41,620 nt of DNA from Firmicutes bacterium UBA4975 (GCA_002397155.1 DGZR01000044.1:1-41620); one strand, 5' to 3'. Positions 1-11,201 are shown, counted from the first letter of the stretch. Program-made: numbers and translations. The notes: a model not told the origin generated them from the letters alone.

Positions 1-341
1 TCCGCCAGGATGTGCACATTCCCCGGCCAGGGATACCGGGCGTAAAAACCCCTCCCCCCGTCGTCGTCCAGGGGGCCCGGGGCGATGAGAACTTTAGTAG
101 CGGGGATTTTACGAAACTGGTCGGCGACAAAGTCCGCCAGGGGCCGGGTGACATACTCCTGCTGCCACAGGTCTCCGCTGATGATAAAGAGGTCGGTCTG
201 TTCCCGGCGGCAGTAGTCGGCTAAGCGGGCCAGGGTCTGCATTGCGTCCCTGCGCCGCAACTGCCCAATCGCCGTCGGCAGCCTCGGCAATGGAGCGGCC
301 AGGCCCAAGCCCGCCGTATGGAGGATCTTTAGGTCCCGCAT
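1..341 (-). CDS. SbcD/Mre11/YhaO-like metallophosphoesterase-fold protein with degenerate metal motifs (3' partial)
   Basis: Not in the ORF track because it runs off the window. Manual translation from ATG 341 (RBS GGGAGG) gives MRDLKILHTAGLGLAAPLP...DLFIISGDLW...KVLIAPGPLD...YPWPGNVHIL. This follows the family pattern ILHTADxHL...GDL...PGNHD...WPxNVHI. Confidence 0.75.
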   Translation of the reverse strand, partial: MRDLKILHTAGLGLAAPLPRLPTAIGQLRRRDAMQTLARLADYCRREQTDLFIISGDLWQQEYVTRPLADFVADQFRKIPATKVLIAPGPLDDDGGRGFYARYPWPGNVHILA

Positions 342-385
342 TTTTCCCTTCCTCCCTGTTAGTAAATGCTGGATACTTCAAGTAT

Positions 386-415
386 ATATTCTTTGGCTCT
401 GCCTCAATTTCCTTC
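386..415 (-). promoter_or_regulatory. sigma-H-like promoter of the SbcD-like gene
   Basis: GAAGGAAAT-N12-AAAGAATAT matches the B. subtilis sigH consensus RNAGGAWWW-N11-12-RNNGAATWW. Confidence 0.6.
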
Positions 416-439
416 CTGCCCGGGCCAAAGCGCTCTAAC

Positions 440-468
440 TAACAATAAACCAGGAGCCCCTCCTGGTT
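440..468 (-). terminator. possible second intrinsic terminator or hairpin downstream of mbl
   Basis: 9-bp stem AACCAGGAG-ggg-CTCCTGGTT followed by TATTGTT. Confidence 0.4.
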
Positions 469-527
469 CGCCAATTTTCCTGGCCGGGAAAACAGATTGC
501 CCCTTTTTAGCAGGGTGCCGTCCTAGG

Positions 528-555
528 AAAAAACACCGGCCCCGCCAGGTGCTTT
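528..555 (-). terminator. intrinsic terminator of mbl
   Basis: GCACC(T)GGC-ggg-GCC-GGTGT followed by TTTTT, directly after the stop codon. Confidence 0.65.
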
Positions 556-1578
556 TTAGCTTATCATCTTGTCGTTTACGAGAGTTTCCTTTATGTAGTC
601 CAGAAGTTCTAACGCCCGGCCGGTGCCATTGACGACGCAAGAGATTGGATTTTCAGCGATGATCACCGGCGTGCCCAGGCGGTGGGAAAGAAAGACATCC
701 AGACCGTGCAAGAGAGCACCCCCGCCCGAGAGGATTATCCCCTTTTCCATAATATCGGAATGCAGTTCCGGGGGGGTGGTTTCCATGACCTGGGTGATTG
801 TGCGCACTATGCTGTTTACGGGATCGGCCAGCGCTTCACCGGCCTCCTTGGAGGTAATGGGCTGGCTCTTGGGCAGACCGGTGACCAAGTCCCGGCCCCG
901 CACTTCCATTTTTTCTTTGCGCTGCCCCTCGGGGTGAACGGAAGCGACTTTTACCTTGATCTCTTCGGCGGTGCGTTCGCCGATCATGATGTTGTACTTG
1001 TCCCGAACATAGCGGACGATGTACTCGTCAAAGCGGTCGCCGCCGATGCGGGTGGATGCGCCTTGGACGATGTCGCCCAGGGACATGATGGCCATGTCGC
1101 AAGTGCCGCCACCGATGTCTATCACCATGCTCCCCACAGGTTGGAAAATTTCCAGCCCCGCCCCCAGGGCCGCTGCTCGGGGTTCTTCAATCAAGAAGAC
1201 TTCCCGGGCCCCGGAACGTTTAACCGCGGTCAGCACTGCCCGCTGTTCAACAGAAGTGATGCCGGCAGGCACGCAGACCATCACCCGGGGCTTTGCCAGG
1301 ATGTTCCGGCAGACCTTGGCCAAGAAGTACTTGAGCATGAGCTCGGTCACTTCAAAGTCGGCGATTACCCCTTCTTTCAGGGGACGGACCGCTCGGATAT
1401 TTCCCGGAGTGCGCCCGATCATCAAACTCGCTTCCTGGCCCACCGCCAAAACGCGGTTGGTCTTACTCTCCAGCGCCACAACAGAAGGTTCATGCAGGAC
1501 TATGCCCTTGCCTTTGATGTACACTAAGACAGTGGCGGTGCCGAGATCGACGCCGATATCCCTGGACAGGCCGAGCAA
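556..1578 (-). CDS. mbl: rod shape-determining protein Mbl (MreB family)
   Basis: DIGVDLGTA, RPLKEGVIAD, IEEPRAAALGAG and DIGGGT motifs; position downstream of spoIIID is typical of mbl. Confidence 0.92.
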   Translation of the reverse strand: MLGLSRDIGVDLGTATVLVYIKGKGIVLHEPSVVALESKTNRVLAVGQEASLMIGRTPGNIRAVRPLKEGVIADFEVTELMLKYFLAKVCRNILAKPRVMVCVPAGITSVEQRAVLTAVKRSGAREVFLIEEPRAAALGAGLEIFQPVGSMVIDIGGGTCDMAIMSLGDIVQGASTRIGGDRFDEYIVRYVRDKYNIMIGERTAEEIKVKVASVHPEGQRKEKMEVRGRDLVTGLPKSQPITSKEAGEALADPVNSIVRTITQVMETTPPELHSDIMEKGIILSGGGALLHGLDVFLSHRLGTPVIIAENPISCVVNGTGRALELLDYIKETLVNDKMIS

Positions 1579-1626
1579 TGGAAATCCCCCTTTGCTGCAA
1601 TCAAAGATGTGATTTTCTTGTGGGTA

Positions 1627-1656
1627 CTATTCTACAAAGGCCTTTTAGACTCCTTT
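1627..1656 (-). promoter_or_regulatory. sigma-H-like promoter of mbl
   Basis: AAAGGAGTC-N12-GTAGAATAG. Confidence 0.5.
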
Positions 1657-1658
1657 AT

Positions 1659-1922
1659 TTATCCAACTTTTTCTTTGGTATCCCGGTACTTTCGCCGGGT
1701 GGCCTCGCCGCCCCGTAGGTGCCTTTCCGCCTTGTTGGTTTCCAAGACGGCCTTGACCTCTTTTGCCAACCCGGGATTCACCTGGTAAAGCCTTTCGGTG
1801 AGGTCCTTGTGAACAGTGCTCTTGCTGACGCCAAAGGCTTCCGCTACCGCCCGCACAGTGCCGCCGGTGCTGAGAACGTGGTTGGCGATGTCGATAACCC
1901 GCTGCCAAATGTAGTCATTCAT
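1659..1922 (-). CDS. spoIIID: sporulation transcriptional regulator SpoIIID
   Basis: TVRAVAEAFGVSKSTVHKDLTERL and NKAERHLRGGEATRRKY signatures. Confidence 0.97.
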   Translation of the reverse strand: MNDYIWQRVIDIANHVLSTGGTVRAVAEAFGVSKSTVHKDLTERLYQVNPGLAKEVKAVLETNKAERHLRGGEATRRKYRDTKEKVG

Positions 1923-1953
1923 TCCTCCCGCCCTCCTAACCTTATACTGTTCA

Positions 1954-1983
1954 ATTTATATGTCCTCCAAGAAAGCGATAGAC
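1954..1983 (-). promoter_or_regulatory. sigma-E-like promoter of spoIIID
   Basis: GTCTAT-N15-CATATAAAT; the same GTCTAT-N15-CATAT architecture precedes spoIID. Confidence 0.65.
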
Positions 1984-2004
1984 CTTTCCCGGTTGGAAAA
2001 GCCG

Positions 2005-2697
2005 TCACAGGCCAAGACCGAGGTATTCCAGGGGATCAGAAGGATCCTCCAGGGCGTCCCTGACCTCGAAAATCAGGTAATCCTCAACGTAGTCGCCTTC
2101 TAGCTTAGGGCCCAACTCACCGATCGGCTGGCCCCGGTCCACTGTTTCTCCCTCATGGACTGACACATCTTCTAAATTGATGTAGCGGGTCTCAAAGTCC
2201 CCGTGAACAATCCACACCTGGCCTGCTTGGTACTCCCCGGCCGGTACCACCTTGCACACCTGGCCCCGGTAGGCTGCACAGACCGAATCGCCCCGGGTGC
2301 CGCCGATGTGCACCCCCGGGTTTACCCCGTACAGGGAACCGGAAAACACCTGGCCAAAACCCAGGAGGACAGGGCCCTCCAGGGGGAGACTCAGGGTCTC
2401 CTGGCCCTGGCGGAAAGCGGCCAGGGATAGACCGGGCTGGTCTGGGCCGTCAGTCTGCTCGCCGGGCAAGTCGGGATCCTCCCCCGGTTTTTCCGCACCG
2501 CCGGGATCAAAAACCAGGGAACCCAAGGGCTTGAACTGCCACCAGACCAAGCCGGCTATTGCCAGGACACATAAAAAGTAAACCAAGGCGTAACGGAAAC
2601 CCGGCGTCGAGCGCCGCCACTTGCGAGCAAGCCAGTTTGTCCCTTTAGAAAGAGTGAGTTTAAGCTGAGCAAGTAAATCTTTTACTTTGTCTGACAC
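2005..2697 (-). CDS. spoIIQ: SpoIIQ-like membrane-anchored M23/LytM-domain protein (degenerate active site)
   Basis: One TM segment plus an M23-like C-terminus; lies between spoIID and spoIIID; sigF-like promoter upstream. Start reassigned to GTG 2697 (RBS GAGGTG). Confidence 0.75.
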   Translation of the reverse strand: MSDKVKDLLAQLKLTLSKGTNWLARKWRRSTPGFRYALVYFLCVLAIAGLVWWQFKPLGSLVFDPGGAEKPGEDPDLPGEQTDGPDQPGLSLAAFRQGQETLSLPLEGPVLLGFGQVFSGSLYGVNPGVHIGGTRGDSVCAAYRGQVCKVVPAGEYQAGQVWIVHGDFETRYINLEDVSVHEGETVDRGQPIGELGPKLEGDYVEDYLIFEVRDALEDPSDPLEYLGLGL

Positions 2698-2715
2698 GTC
2701 CTTCACCTCGGGGCC

Positions 2716-2744
2716 TATTTTACCCCGGACATGCCTGTTTATTC
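2716..2744 (-). promoter_or_regulatory. sigma-F-like promoter of the spoIIQ-like gene
   Basis: GAATA-N15-GGTAAAATA. Confidence 0.65.
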
Positions 2745-2771
2745 TAAAGAACAAGAGGGCGGAGGGGCAGT

Positions 2772-3728
2772 TCACTCACCCAGCTTTACCCGGCTTACCA
2801 CCACCCCCGTGTAGTATTTTTTAATGATATCTTCGGCTAGGTAGCCCTGGCGGGCCATGCCGTCTGCGCCGTACTGGCAGAGGCCCACCCCGTGGCCATA
2901 GCCGACACTGGTAAAACTGTACCCGTCTTTTCCCATGAGCCAGGTCACCTTGGCCGACCTCAAGCCCAGCTTTTGCCGGAATTCCAAGCCGCGGAGGGTT
3001 TCTTTGCCGGTGCTGACTTTAATAATCCGCCCCCCCGGGGTGCTCTCTAAAACCGTGAGTTTTAACTCTTCTGGGGGAACCCCCAGCTTTTCCGCCACCT
3101 GGGCGGCCCCCAGGCTGAGGGTTTCAGTGTAGCGGGGGGAAGAGGCGCAGTAGCCGCACTGAACAGAGCGGAGATAGGGCAGGGGATTAGTCCAGACATC
3201 CTCGCAATTCTCCGTGCTGCCGCCGCAGGTGGAGTGGTAAACGGCATCGATCATCTTGCCCTCGTAGGTTACAACCTGGGACTCGGTCTCGGCTACAGCC
3301 CGGAGGATTTTGCGCCAGTAAGAGCGCTGCCTAAAAAAAGGCCAGTTGCCCGTCGCTTCTTCCTTGGAGACCCAGGCTTGGCAGTGGGCGCTGTTCGTGC
3401 AGATGTCTGCTTCGGGATGGGCTGAACAACCGGCCCCGCCGGCAGCTCGGATCTTGGCCACCGTGTAGGTCCTGGCCACGATTGCTTGGGCTTTTAAGGC
3501 TTCAAGGTCAAAACTAGCCGGCATTTCCGCCGCCACTACCCCCGCCAAATACTCCCCCAGGGGCAGGCGCATGAGTTCCTGGGTCTTGTGGTTCCAGACC
3601 GTGACTTGGTACGGGTCTCCCTTGGCGTCGGGCAGAGTTTTACCGCCACAGCTTTTGACGATAAGGGCGGGTAGCAAGAGCAAGAGCAGGATCAGTAAGA
3701 GCAAAACTAGACCGGCTTTTTTTAGCAT
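2772..3728 (-). CDS. spoIID: stage II sporulation protein D (lytic transglycosylase)
   Basis: YLAGVVAAEMP, EALKAQAIVARTY, GYGHGVGLCQYGA motifs. Confidence 0.95.
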   Translation of the reverse strand: MLKKAGLVLLLLILLLLLLPALIVKSCGGKTLPDAKGDPYQVTVWNHKTQELMRLPLGEYLAGVVAAEMPASFDLEALKAQAIVARTYTVAKIRAAGGAGCSAHPEADICTNSAHCQAWVSKEEATGNWPFFRQRSYWRKILRAVAETESQVVTYEGKMIDAVYHSTCGGSTENCEDVWTNPLPYLRSVQCGYCASSPRYTETLSLGAAQVAEKLGVPPEELKLTVLESTPGGRIIKVSTGKETLRGLEFRQKLGLRSAKVTWLMGKDGYSFTSVGYGHGVGLCQYGADGMARQGYLAEDIIKKYYTGVVVSRVKLGE

Positions 3729-3748
3729 GTTAAACCCCTCCTGCCCCT

Positions 3749-3778
3749 ATGAATATGTATTACCCCAAATTTATAGAC
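3749..3778 (-). promoter_or_regulatory. sigma-E-like promoter of spoIID
   Basis: GTCTAT-N15-CATATTCAT. Confidence 0.65.
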
Positions 3779-3783
3779 GGGAT

Positions 3784-3803
3784 AAAAAAAGCCGTTTCCG
3801 GCT
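3784..3803 (-). terminator. intrinsic terminator of murA
   Basis: AGCCG-GAAA-CGGCT followed by a T7 tract. Confidence 0.75.
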
Positions 3804-5053
3804 CACTCCCTCCATATATCCGCTCCTACTGCCTTTAGCTTGCCCACCAAGTCGTGGTAACCCCGGTCCAAGTGGTGAACATTGCCCACCTCGGTGACAC
3901 CGTCGGCGGCCAGCCCGGCGATGATCAGCGCGGCGCCGGCTCTGAGGTCGCTGGCGTTGACCTGGGCGCCGGTGAGACTGGCCACTCCCTCGATGACAGC
4001 GCTGCGGCCGTCGATTTTTATCTTGGCGTTCATCCTGTTCAATTCGCCGATGTGCATGAACCTGTTTTCAAATATCGTCTCGGTCACCAGGCTGGTTCCC
4101 CGGGCCCGGGCCAGGACGGCGGTGATTTGCGCCTGCATGTCGGTGGGAAAGCCCGGGTAGGGCAGGGTTTTGATGTCCGTCGCACTGAGAGGTTTGTTTC
4201 CGATCACCAAGAGCCCGTCCCGGTGTTCCAATATTGTCACCCCGACTTCCTCAAATTTGGCGATTACCGGCTTGAGGTGGTCGACGAGGATATTGGCGAG
4301 GAAAACCTGGCCTCCGGCGGCGGCTGTTGCGGCCAAGTAGGTGCCGGCTTCAATGCGGTCGGGAATGACCACATGGTTGGCACCCTGAAGGGAGTCGACT
4401 CCGGTAATCCGGATGAGGCTGGTCCCCGCCCCTCGCACGTTGGCACCGGCCCCGTTTAGGTAGTTAGCCAGGTCCACTATTTCGGGCTCAGCGGCGGCGT
4501 TTTCCAAAAGGGTGGTGCCCTGGGCCATGGTGGCCGCCATCATTATGTTTTCCGTGGCGCCAACACTGGGAAAGTCCAGATAGATTCGACTGCCCTTGAG
4601 TTTGGGGGCGATGGCCTCGATGTAGCCGTGGCCCATCACCACTTCCGCCCCCAGGGCCATAAAGCCCTTGAGGTGGAGGTCGATGGGCCTGGTGCCGATG
4701 TTGCATCCCCCGGGCAGGGAGACCCGAGCCCGGCCCATTCGGGCCAGGAGGGGGCCCATGACCAAGAAGGACGCCCTCATCTTTTGCACCAGTTCATAGG
4801 GGGTTTCGTAGGTGTTGAGGCCCCCGGCGTCGATCTTTAGCTTGCCCGACTCCAGCCAGGACACTTCTGCGCCCAACTGGCCCAAGAGCTGGCAGATGGT
4901 ATTCACATCTTCTAAAGCGGGGACCTCTTCAAAGTGGTTGGGGCCCGAAGTGAGAAGGGACGCGGCCAACATGGGGAGAGCGGCATTTTTGGCCCCGTCT
5001 ATTTTGACCGTTCCCGACAGTGTCTTGCCACCCCGGATATAAATTTTTTCCAT
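3803..5053 (-). CDS. murA: UDP-N-acetylglucosamine 1-carboxyvinyltransferase
   Basis: [32 protein letters not shown] motifs. Start reassigned to ATG 5053 ([18 protein letters not shown]). Confidence 0.97.
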   Translation of the reverse strand: MEKIYIRGGKTLSGTVKIDGAKNAALPMLAASLLTSGPNHFEEVPALEDVNTICQLLGQLGAEVSWLESGKLKIDAGGLNTYETPYELVQKMRASFLVMGPLLARMGRARVSLPGGCNIGTRPIDLHLKGFMALGAEVVMGHGYIEAIAPKLKGSRIYLDFPSVGATENIMMAATMAQGTTLLENAAAEPEIVDLANYLNGAGANVRGAGTSLIRITGVDSLQGANHVVIPDRIEAGTYLAATAAAGGQVFLANILVDHLKPVIAKFEEVGVTILEHRDGLLVIGNKPLSATDIKTLPYPGFPTDMQAQITAVLARARGTSLVTETIFENRFMHIGELNRMNAKIKIDGRSAVIEGVASLTGAQVNASDLRAGAALIIAGLAADGVTEVGNVHHLDRGYHDLVGKLKAVGADIWRE

Positions 5054-5082
5054 TAGTCTTTCCTCCTGGATAAGAGTGTTTC

Positions 5083-5829
5083 CTAGTAGTTTGAAGGTAG
5101 AACCGGTGTGGCTACCCTGAGCAGGGTCCGGGCCTCTTCCGGGCGCCAACTGAGGGAAAGGCAAAAGTTTACTTCTTTTTCGCCGGCCTTGACCCCGGCT
5201 GTCAGAAGGGGAGACCAGCCGCTCCACTGGGCGACACCGGCGATTTCTCCCGCCCCTCGATAAACAGCTCCGGCGGCCTTAAAGATCTTGTAGGCGGCGT
5301 TTAATTTTTCACTGCTCCCCAGCTTGGCCGGGAGGCTGCCTAGTAGGCAGGTGGTGAAGGAAAGGTCTTCCCCCGTCGCCCCCAGGGTCGTAAATACTTC
5401 TTTTAGGCGGAAAAAGCCGGAGGACATTGCGCCAAGATCAGTGAAGCGCCCTTCGACCTCGGCAATGGTCCCTTGGGGCCGGGAGTCGATGGTGAGGCTG
5501 AGGGTCAGGCCCCCCGCCCCGGCGACGTCCAGGCTGGTGCTGCTGAACTGGCCGGTGCCCCGGGTGCTGAGCTCGTAATCATAGCGATTAAAGCCCAGGG
5601 CGGTGGCGATGGCCTCCGCAGCTTCCTCTCCGGCCAGGAGGGACAAGGGTTCCGGGCTGATCCGAGCCCAGACCCAGAGCTCGCCCCCTTGGGGCTGGGC
5701 CCCGGCGGCGGCCAGGGCAGTCTCCAGGAGTTCCAGCTCGGTGGGGGCCGGGGGCTTTTCTCCTACTCCCCAGCGGAACCAACTCACCCCCACCAGGATT
5801 ACCAAGAAAAAGAGACCGATTTTTTTCAT
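5083..5829 (-). CDS. YwmB-family protein (signal/TM anchor)
   Basis: N-terminal hydrophobic segment, TCLLG and C-terminal VATPVL..Y patterns; conserved position between atpC and murA. Confidence 0.7.
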   Translation of the reverse strand: MKKIGLFFLVILVGVSWFRWGVGEKPPAPTELELLETALAAAGAQPQGGELWVWARISPEPLSLLAGEEAAEAIATALGFNRYDYELSTRGTGQFSSTSLDVAGAGGLTLSLTIDSRPQGTIAEVEGRFTDLGAMSSGFFRLKEVFTTLGATGEDLSFTTCLLGSLPAKLGSSEKLNAAYKIFKAAGAVYRGAGEIAGVAQWSGWSPLLTAGVKAGEKEVNFCLSLSWRPEEARTLLRVATPVLPSNY

Positions 5830-5925
5830 TTCCTCCCTCCTCGTCTATAATGGTTGACAATCCCAGCCCATAATATTCCCGAGGAGGGAAAAGACATCTG
5901 ACGCTAGCTTTAGCCGTTGTTTGTT

Positions 5926-5957
5926 AAAAAACCCCCAAGGAATAAGCCTTGGAGGCT
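5926..5957 (-). terminator. intrinsic terminator of the atp operon
   Basis: GCCTCCAAGG-cttatt-CCTTGGGGGT followed by a T tract. Confidence 0.8.
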
Positions 5958-5972
5958 TTAGGCGGGACGGCC

Positions 5973-6380
5973 CTAACCCCGGCCCGCCACTTTTAGGCGA
6001 ACCAAGGCCCGCTGCAGGGCGGCCTGGGCTCGGGTGAAGTCGATTCCCGCCTTTTTATCTTGCAGCCGGGACTGGGCCCGCTGTCGGGCGGATTCGGCCC
6101 GGGCTATGTCTATCTCTTCCGCCATCTCGGCGGTCTCACAGAGCAAGAGCACTCCCTGGCTGCTGATCTCGATAAAGCCCTCGCTGATTGCCGCTTTGCG
6201 TTCCCCATCGGCGGTCTTGATGCGCATTGGTCCGATGGCCAAAGGGGCGACTAAGGGAATATGCCCGGCCAGCACCCCTATTTCGCCGTCCGCCGTCTGG
6301 ACGATGACCATGTTGACCGGCTCTTGGTAGACCTGGCGCTGGGGAGTGATAATGGTCAGGATGAAGGTTTTGTCGCTCAA
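5973..6380 (-). CDS. atpC: F1Fo ATP synthase epsilon subunit
   Basis: GEIGVLAGHIPLV and IDIARA motifs. Confidence 0.96.
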   Translation of the reverse strand: MSDKTFILTIITPQRQVYQEPVNMVIVQTADGEIGVLAGHIPLVAPLAIGPMRIKTADGERKAAISEGFIEISSQGVLLLCETAEMAEEIDIARAESARQRAQSRLQDKKAGIDFTRAQAALQRALVRLKVAGRG

Positions 6381-6394
6381 AGCGCGGCGCCTCC

Positions 6395-7792
<1,398 letters not shown>

Positions 7793-8635
7793 TTAGCCCT
7801 CAAGAGCTTGAGCGCCGTTGACCACTTCAAGTATTTCTTGGGTGATGGCCGTCTGGCGCGCCCTATTAAAAGAAAGGGTTAAGTGCTCGATCATCTCATT
7901 GGCATTTTCGGTGGCGGACTTCATCGCCATTCTCTGGGCGCCGAATTCCGCCGCTTTAGCTTCAAGAAGTCCCTGGTATACCAAACTGAAGACATAATGG
8001 GGCAGTAATCTTTCTAAGACTACCTGGGGCGACGGTTCATATAGGTATAAACTGCTGCCATGCTCCTCTTTTGGTTCGGTAAGGGGCAGCAGTTGGACGA
8101 CCCGGGGCTGGTGGTCGAGGACGCTGAAAAATTCCGTGTAGACCAAGTGCAGGGAGCCAATTTCTCCCGCTTGAAAAGCGGCCAGCAGGGGTTTGGCGAT
8201 CGCCACGGCATCTGCATATTCCGGATCTTCCTGGTGCAGGCGGTAAGACCAAGCCACGCCCTCCCCCCCCTTGGCAAAAAAGTCTTGGGCCTTGCGGCCC
8301 ACCGCCGCAATCGCGCCCGGCGCCCCGGCGGCTCTCTCCTTGGCAAAGCGAAGGACATTGGCGTTGTATGCCCCGCACAACCCCCGATCCCCGGCGATGA
8401 CGATGTAAGCCCCGGGGCCCTGGCCGGGCTCTACGAGGGGATTATGCCCTTCCAGCCCGGCCTTAAAGAGACGGCCGATGAGCTGGGCCAGGTGGCTGGT
8501 GTAAGGTCGGGCGGCGGTTACATTAGCCTGGGCCCGGCGCAGCTTAGCTCCCGCCACCATTTCCATGGCCTTGGTGATGTGGCCAATGTTGTGGACGCTG
8601 GAAATGCGACGCTTTATATCCCGGGTATTGGCCAT
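7793..8635 (-). CDS. atpG: F1Fo ATP synthase gamma subunit
   Basis: ITKAMEMVA, DRGLCGAYN and NRARQTAITQEILEVV motifs. Confidence 0.98.
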   Translation of the reverse strand: MANTRDIKRRISSVHNIGHITKAMEMVAGAKLRRAQANVTAARPYTSHLAQLIGRLFKAGLEGHNPLVEPGQGPGAYIVIAGDRGLCGAYNANVLRFAKERAAGAPGAIAAVGRKAQDFFAKGGEGVAWSYRLHQEDPEYADAVAIAKPLLAAFQAGEIGSLHLVYTEFFSVLDHQPRVVQLLPLTEPKEEHGSSLYLYEPSPQVVLERLLPHYVFSLVYQGLLEAKAAEFGAQRMAMKSATENANEMIEHLTLSFNRARQTAITQEILEVVNGAQALEG

Positions 8636-8647
8636 TATTTTTCCCCC

Positions 8648-10156
8648 CTACCCGATGAACTGCTCTTTGAACACCCCAATGGCCTGCTGGAGGGCTTGGG
8701 CGGTGTCTTCGTCTAGGTCGCCCGTTTCGGCAATCACCTGGCCGATATCGCTGTGGTACTGGTCAAGGTAACGGAAAAATTCCTCTTCGAACTTTGCCGC
8801 CTTTTCCAGGGGAATGTCGTCCAAGTAACCGTTGATGGCAGTATAGATAATCATTACCTGTTTTTCTACGGGCAAGGGAACAAATTGGGCCTGTTTTAAT
8901 ATCTCTGCCGTGCGCCTGCCCCGGTTAATGCTGGCTTGGGTGGCCTTATCCAGATCGGCGCCAAATTGGGAAAAGGCTTCCAACTCACGGAATTGGGCCA
9001 AATCGAGGCGCAGCCGTCCTGCTACTTTGCGCATGGCCTTGACCTGAGCGTCTCCTCCCACCCGGGACACCGAAAATCCCACATTGATGGCGGGACGGGT
9101 CCCGGCAAAAAAGAGGTCCGTCTCCAAGAATATCTGGCCGTCGGTGATGGAAATAACATTTGTGGGAATGTATGCGGAAATGTCGCCGGCCTGGGTTTCA
9201 ATTATCGGTAGCGCGGTAAGAGAACCGCCGCCCTTTTCGTCGTTGAGTTTGGCCGCCCGCTCCAGCAAGCGAGAGTGCAGATAAAAAACATCGCCGGGAT
9301 AAGCCTCCCGGCCGGGAGGGCGGCGCAAGAGCAGGGACATCTCCCGGTAGGCCACGGCGTGCTTAGAGAGGTCATCGTAGACCAAGAGCACATGCCGCCC
9401 CTCGTACATAAAGTGTTCTCCCATGGCGCAGCCCGCATAGGGGGCGATGTAGAGCATGGGGGCGGGTTCGCTGGCCGCGGCCATGACCACGGTGGTGTAG
9501 TCCATTGCTCCCGCCTTGGTCAAAGTGCTGACTACAGAGGCCACGGTAGAGGTCTTTTGCCCGATGGCCACGTAGATGCAGATAACCCCCGAATCCTTTT
9601 GATTGATTATGGTGTCAATGGCGATGGCGGTCTTGCCGGTGCCCCGGTCGCCGATAATCAGTTCCCGCTGGCCCCGACCGATGGGAACCATCGAGTCCAA
9701 GGCCTTTAACCCCGTCTGCAGGGCCTGGTAAACCGGCCTTCTTTCTGTGACACCGGGAGCGGGACTCTCCACGTTGCGATAGATATCGGTTACCACCGGC
9801 CCCTTGCCGTCGATGGGCTGGCCCAGGGCGTTGACGACCCGGCCTACCAAGGCCTCTCCCACCGGCACCTGGGTTATGCGCCCCGTCCTCTTTACGGTGT
9901 CGCCTTCCTTGATTCCGGTATAGTCGCCCAGAATGACCGCCCCCACACTGCCCTCTTCCAAGTTTAGGGCCATGCCAAAAACCGAGCCAGGGAACTCCAG
10001 GAGTTCACCAGCCATAGCGTTCTGCAGGCCATGGACCCGGGCAATGCCGTCGCCGACATAGACGACTGTCCCTATTTCCGCTATATCCAGGTCAACCTGG
10101 TAATCTTCTAGCTGTCGCTTGATTATGCTGCTGATCTCTTCCGGCCTAATCTGCAT
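8648..10156 (-). CDS. atpA: F1Fo ATP synthase alpha subunit
   Basis: GDRGTGKT and [15 protein letters not shown] motifs. Confidence 0.99.
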   Translation of the reverse strand: MQIRPEEISSIIKRQLEDYQVDLDIAEIGTVVYVGDGIARVHGLQNAMAGELLEFPGSVFGMALNLEEGSVGAVILGDYTGIKEGDTVKRTGRITQVPVGEALVGRVVNALGQPIDGKGPVVTDIYRNVESPAPGVTERRPVYQALQTGLKALDSMVPIGRGQRELIIGDRGTGKTAIAIDTIINQKDSGVICIYVAIGQKTSTVASVVSTLTKAGAMDYTTVVMAAASEPAPMLYIAPYAGCAMGEHFMYEGRHVLLVYDDLSKHAVAYREMSLLLRRPPGREAYPGDVFYLHSRLLERAAKLNDEKGGGSLTALPIIETQAGDISAYIPTNVISITDGQIFLETDLFFAGTRPAINVGFSVSRVGGDAQVKAMRKVAGRLRLDLAQFRELEAFSQFGADLDKATQASINRGRRTAEILKQAQFVPLPVEKQVMIIYTAINGYLDDIPLEKAAKFEEEFFRYLDQYHSDIGQVIAETGDLDEDTAQALQQAIGVFKEQFIG

Positions 10157-10180
10157 AGGGTTTCACCTCAGTATGCTTTT

Positions 10181-10720
10181 TCACAGGGCAAGGCTCAGCC
10201 CAAGTCGTTGGAGCCGACCCTTGAGGCTAGCGTCAATCAGTTTGCCGTCAATGTTGACGACAAAACCGGCCAGCAAGGAGGGGTCCACTGTCAGAGTCAT
10301 AATGACCTCCCTGGCTCCGCTGATCTTCACCAGGCTCTGCCGCAGTCTCTGGGCCTGCTCTTGGGAAAGGGGATGGGTCACCAGGCAGCGGGCCCGGGAC
10401 AGACCTTGTTCCCTATCTTCCAATTCCCCATACTCCCTGTGGAGAGCCGGCAAAAGGTCCAGGCGCCCCTTGTCCAAGAGCAGAGCGTTCAGATTTTTTA
10501 ACAGGGGGGAAAGTTCAAGCTTGGCCGCTACCGTTTCCAGCAGCTCGGCCTTGCCGGACCGGGCCAGTCGGGGGTTTTGCATGGTCAGCACCAACTCGGA
10601 ACTGGTCTGCCACAGGGTGGCCAGCTCCTCAAGCTCACGGCCGATTTCTCGAGCTAGGCCCTGCTGGCAGGCGCTGGCATATAGGGCGGCAGCGTAACGT
10701 TTGGCAGCCTTAGTTAGCAC
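10181..10720 (-). CDS. atpH: F1Fo ATP synthase delta subunit
   Basis: AKRYAAALY and VDPSLLAGFVV..DGKLIDASLK patterns; operon position. Confidence 0.94.
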   Translation of the reverse strand: MLTKAAKRYAAALYASACQQGLAREIGRELEELATLWQTSSELVLTMQNPRLARSGKAELLETVAAKLELSPLLKNLNALLLDKGRLDLLPALHREYGELEDREQGLSRARCLVTHPLSQEQAQRLRQSLVKISGAREVIMTLTVDPSLLAGFVVNIDGKLIDASLKGRLQRLGLSLAL

Positions 10721-11201
10721 GGCTTTCCAGCTCCTCTATGGCGGCGGCGAAAATATGCTCCCGATCGCTGTCGGTCAGTTTTCGGGCAAGCATCTTTTCC
10801 GCCACCGTCACGGCCAGATTTGAAATATCCGCCCTCAGCTCTTCGATCACTCTGGCCCGCTCCCGGGCTATCTCGATCTTGGCTCGCTCCAGTTGGGCCG
10901 CCGTTTCTTTTGCCGCCTCGACGATGATTTCCTCCTTGCGCAAATCGGCCTGGCGAAGGGCGGCCTCGATTACCTTGGCCGCCTCGACTCGGTTCTCCGC
11001 CACTAGCCGGCGGTGTTCTTCCAGCAGTACGGCGGCTTTTTCTTTATCCTCCCGGGCACTGTCTAAATCAGCGCCGATCATTTGCCGGCGTTTTTCCAGA
11101 AATTCACTGACGGGCCGCCACAGAAGCCAGCGGAGGATCAGGAATAAAAAGACGAGGTTCACGATTGTGATGGCTATTCTCACTGGATCAAACTCTAGCA
11201 C
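10710..11201 (-). CDS. atpF: Fo subunit b
   Basis: N-terminal TM segment followed by a coiled coil. Start reassigned to GTG 11201 (RBS GGAGGAG). Confidence 0.93.
   Translation of the reverse strand: MLEFDPVRIAITIVNLVFLFLILRWLLWRPVSEFLEKRRQMIGADLDSAREDKEKAAVLLEEHRRLVAENRVEAAKVIEAALRQADLRKEEIIVEAAKETAAQLERAKIEIARERARVIEELRADISNLAVTVAEKMLARKLTDSDREHIFAAAIEELESRAN

Noticed and set aside
109-381. 90-aa minus-strand ORF in the track
   Set aside because: Wrong frame; the frame starting at ATG 341 has an RBS and a recognisable family pattern.
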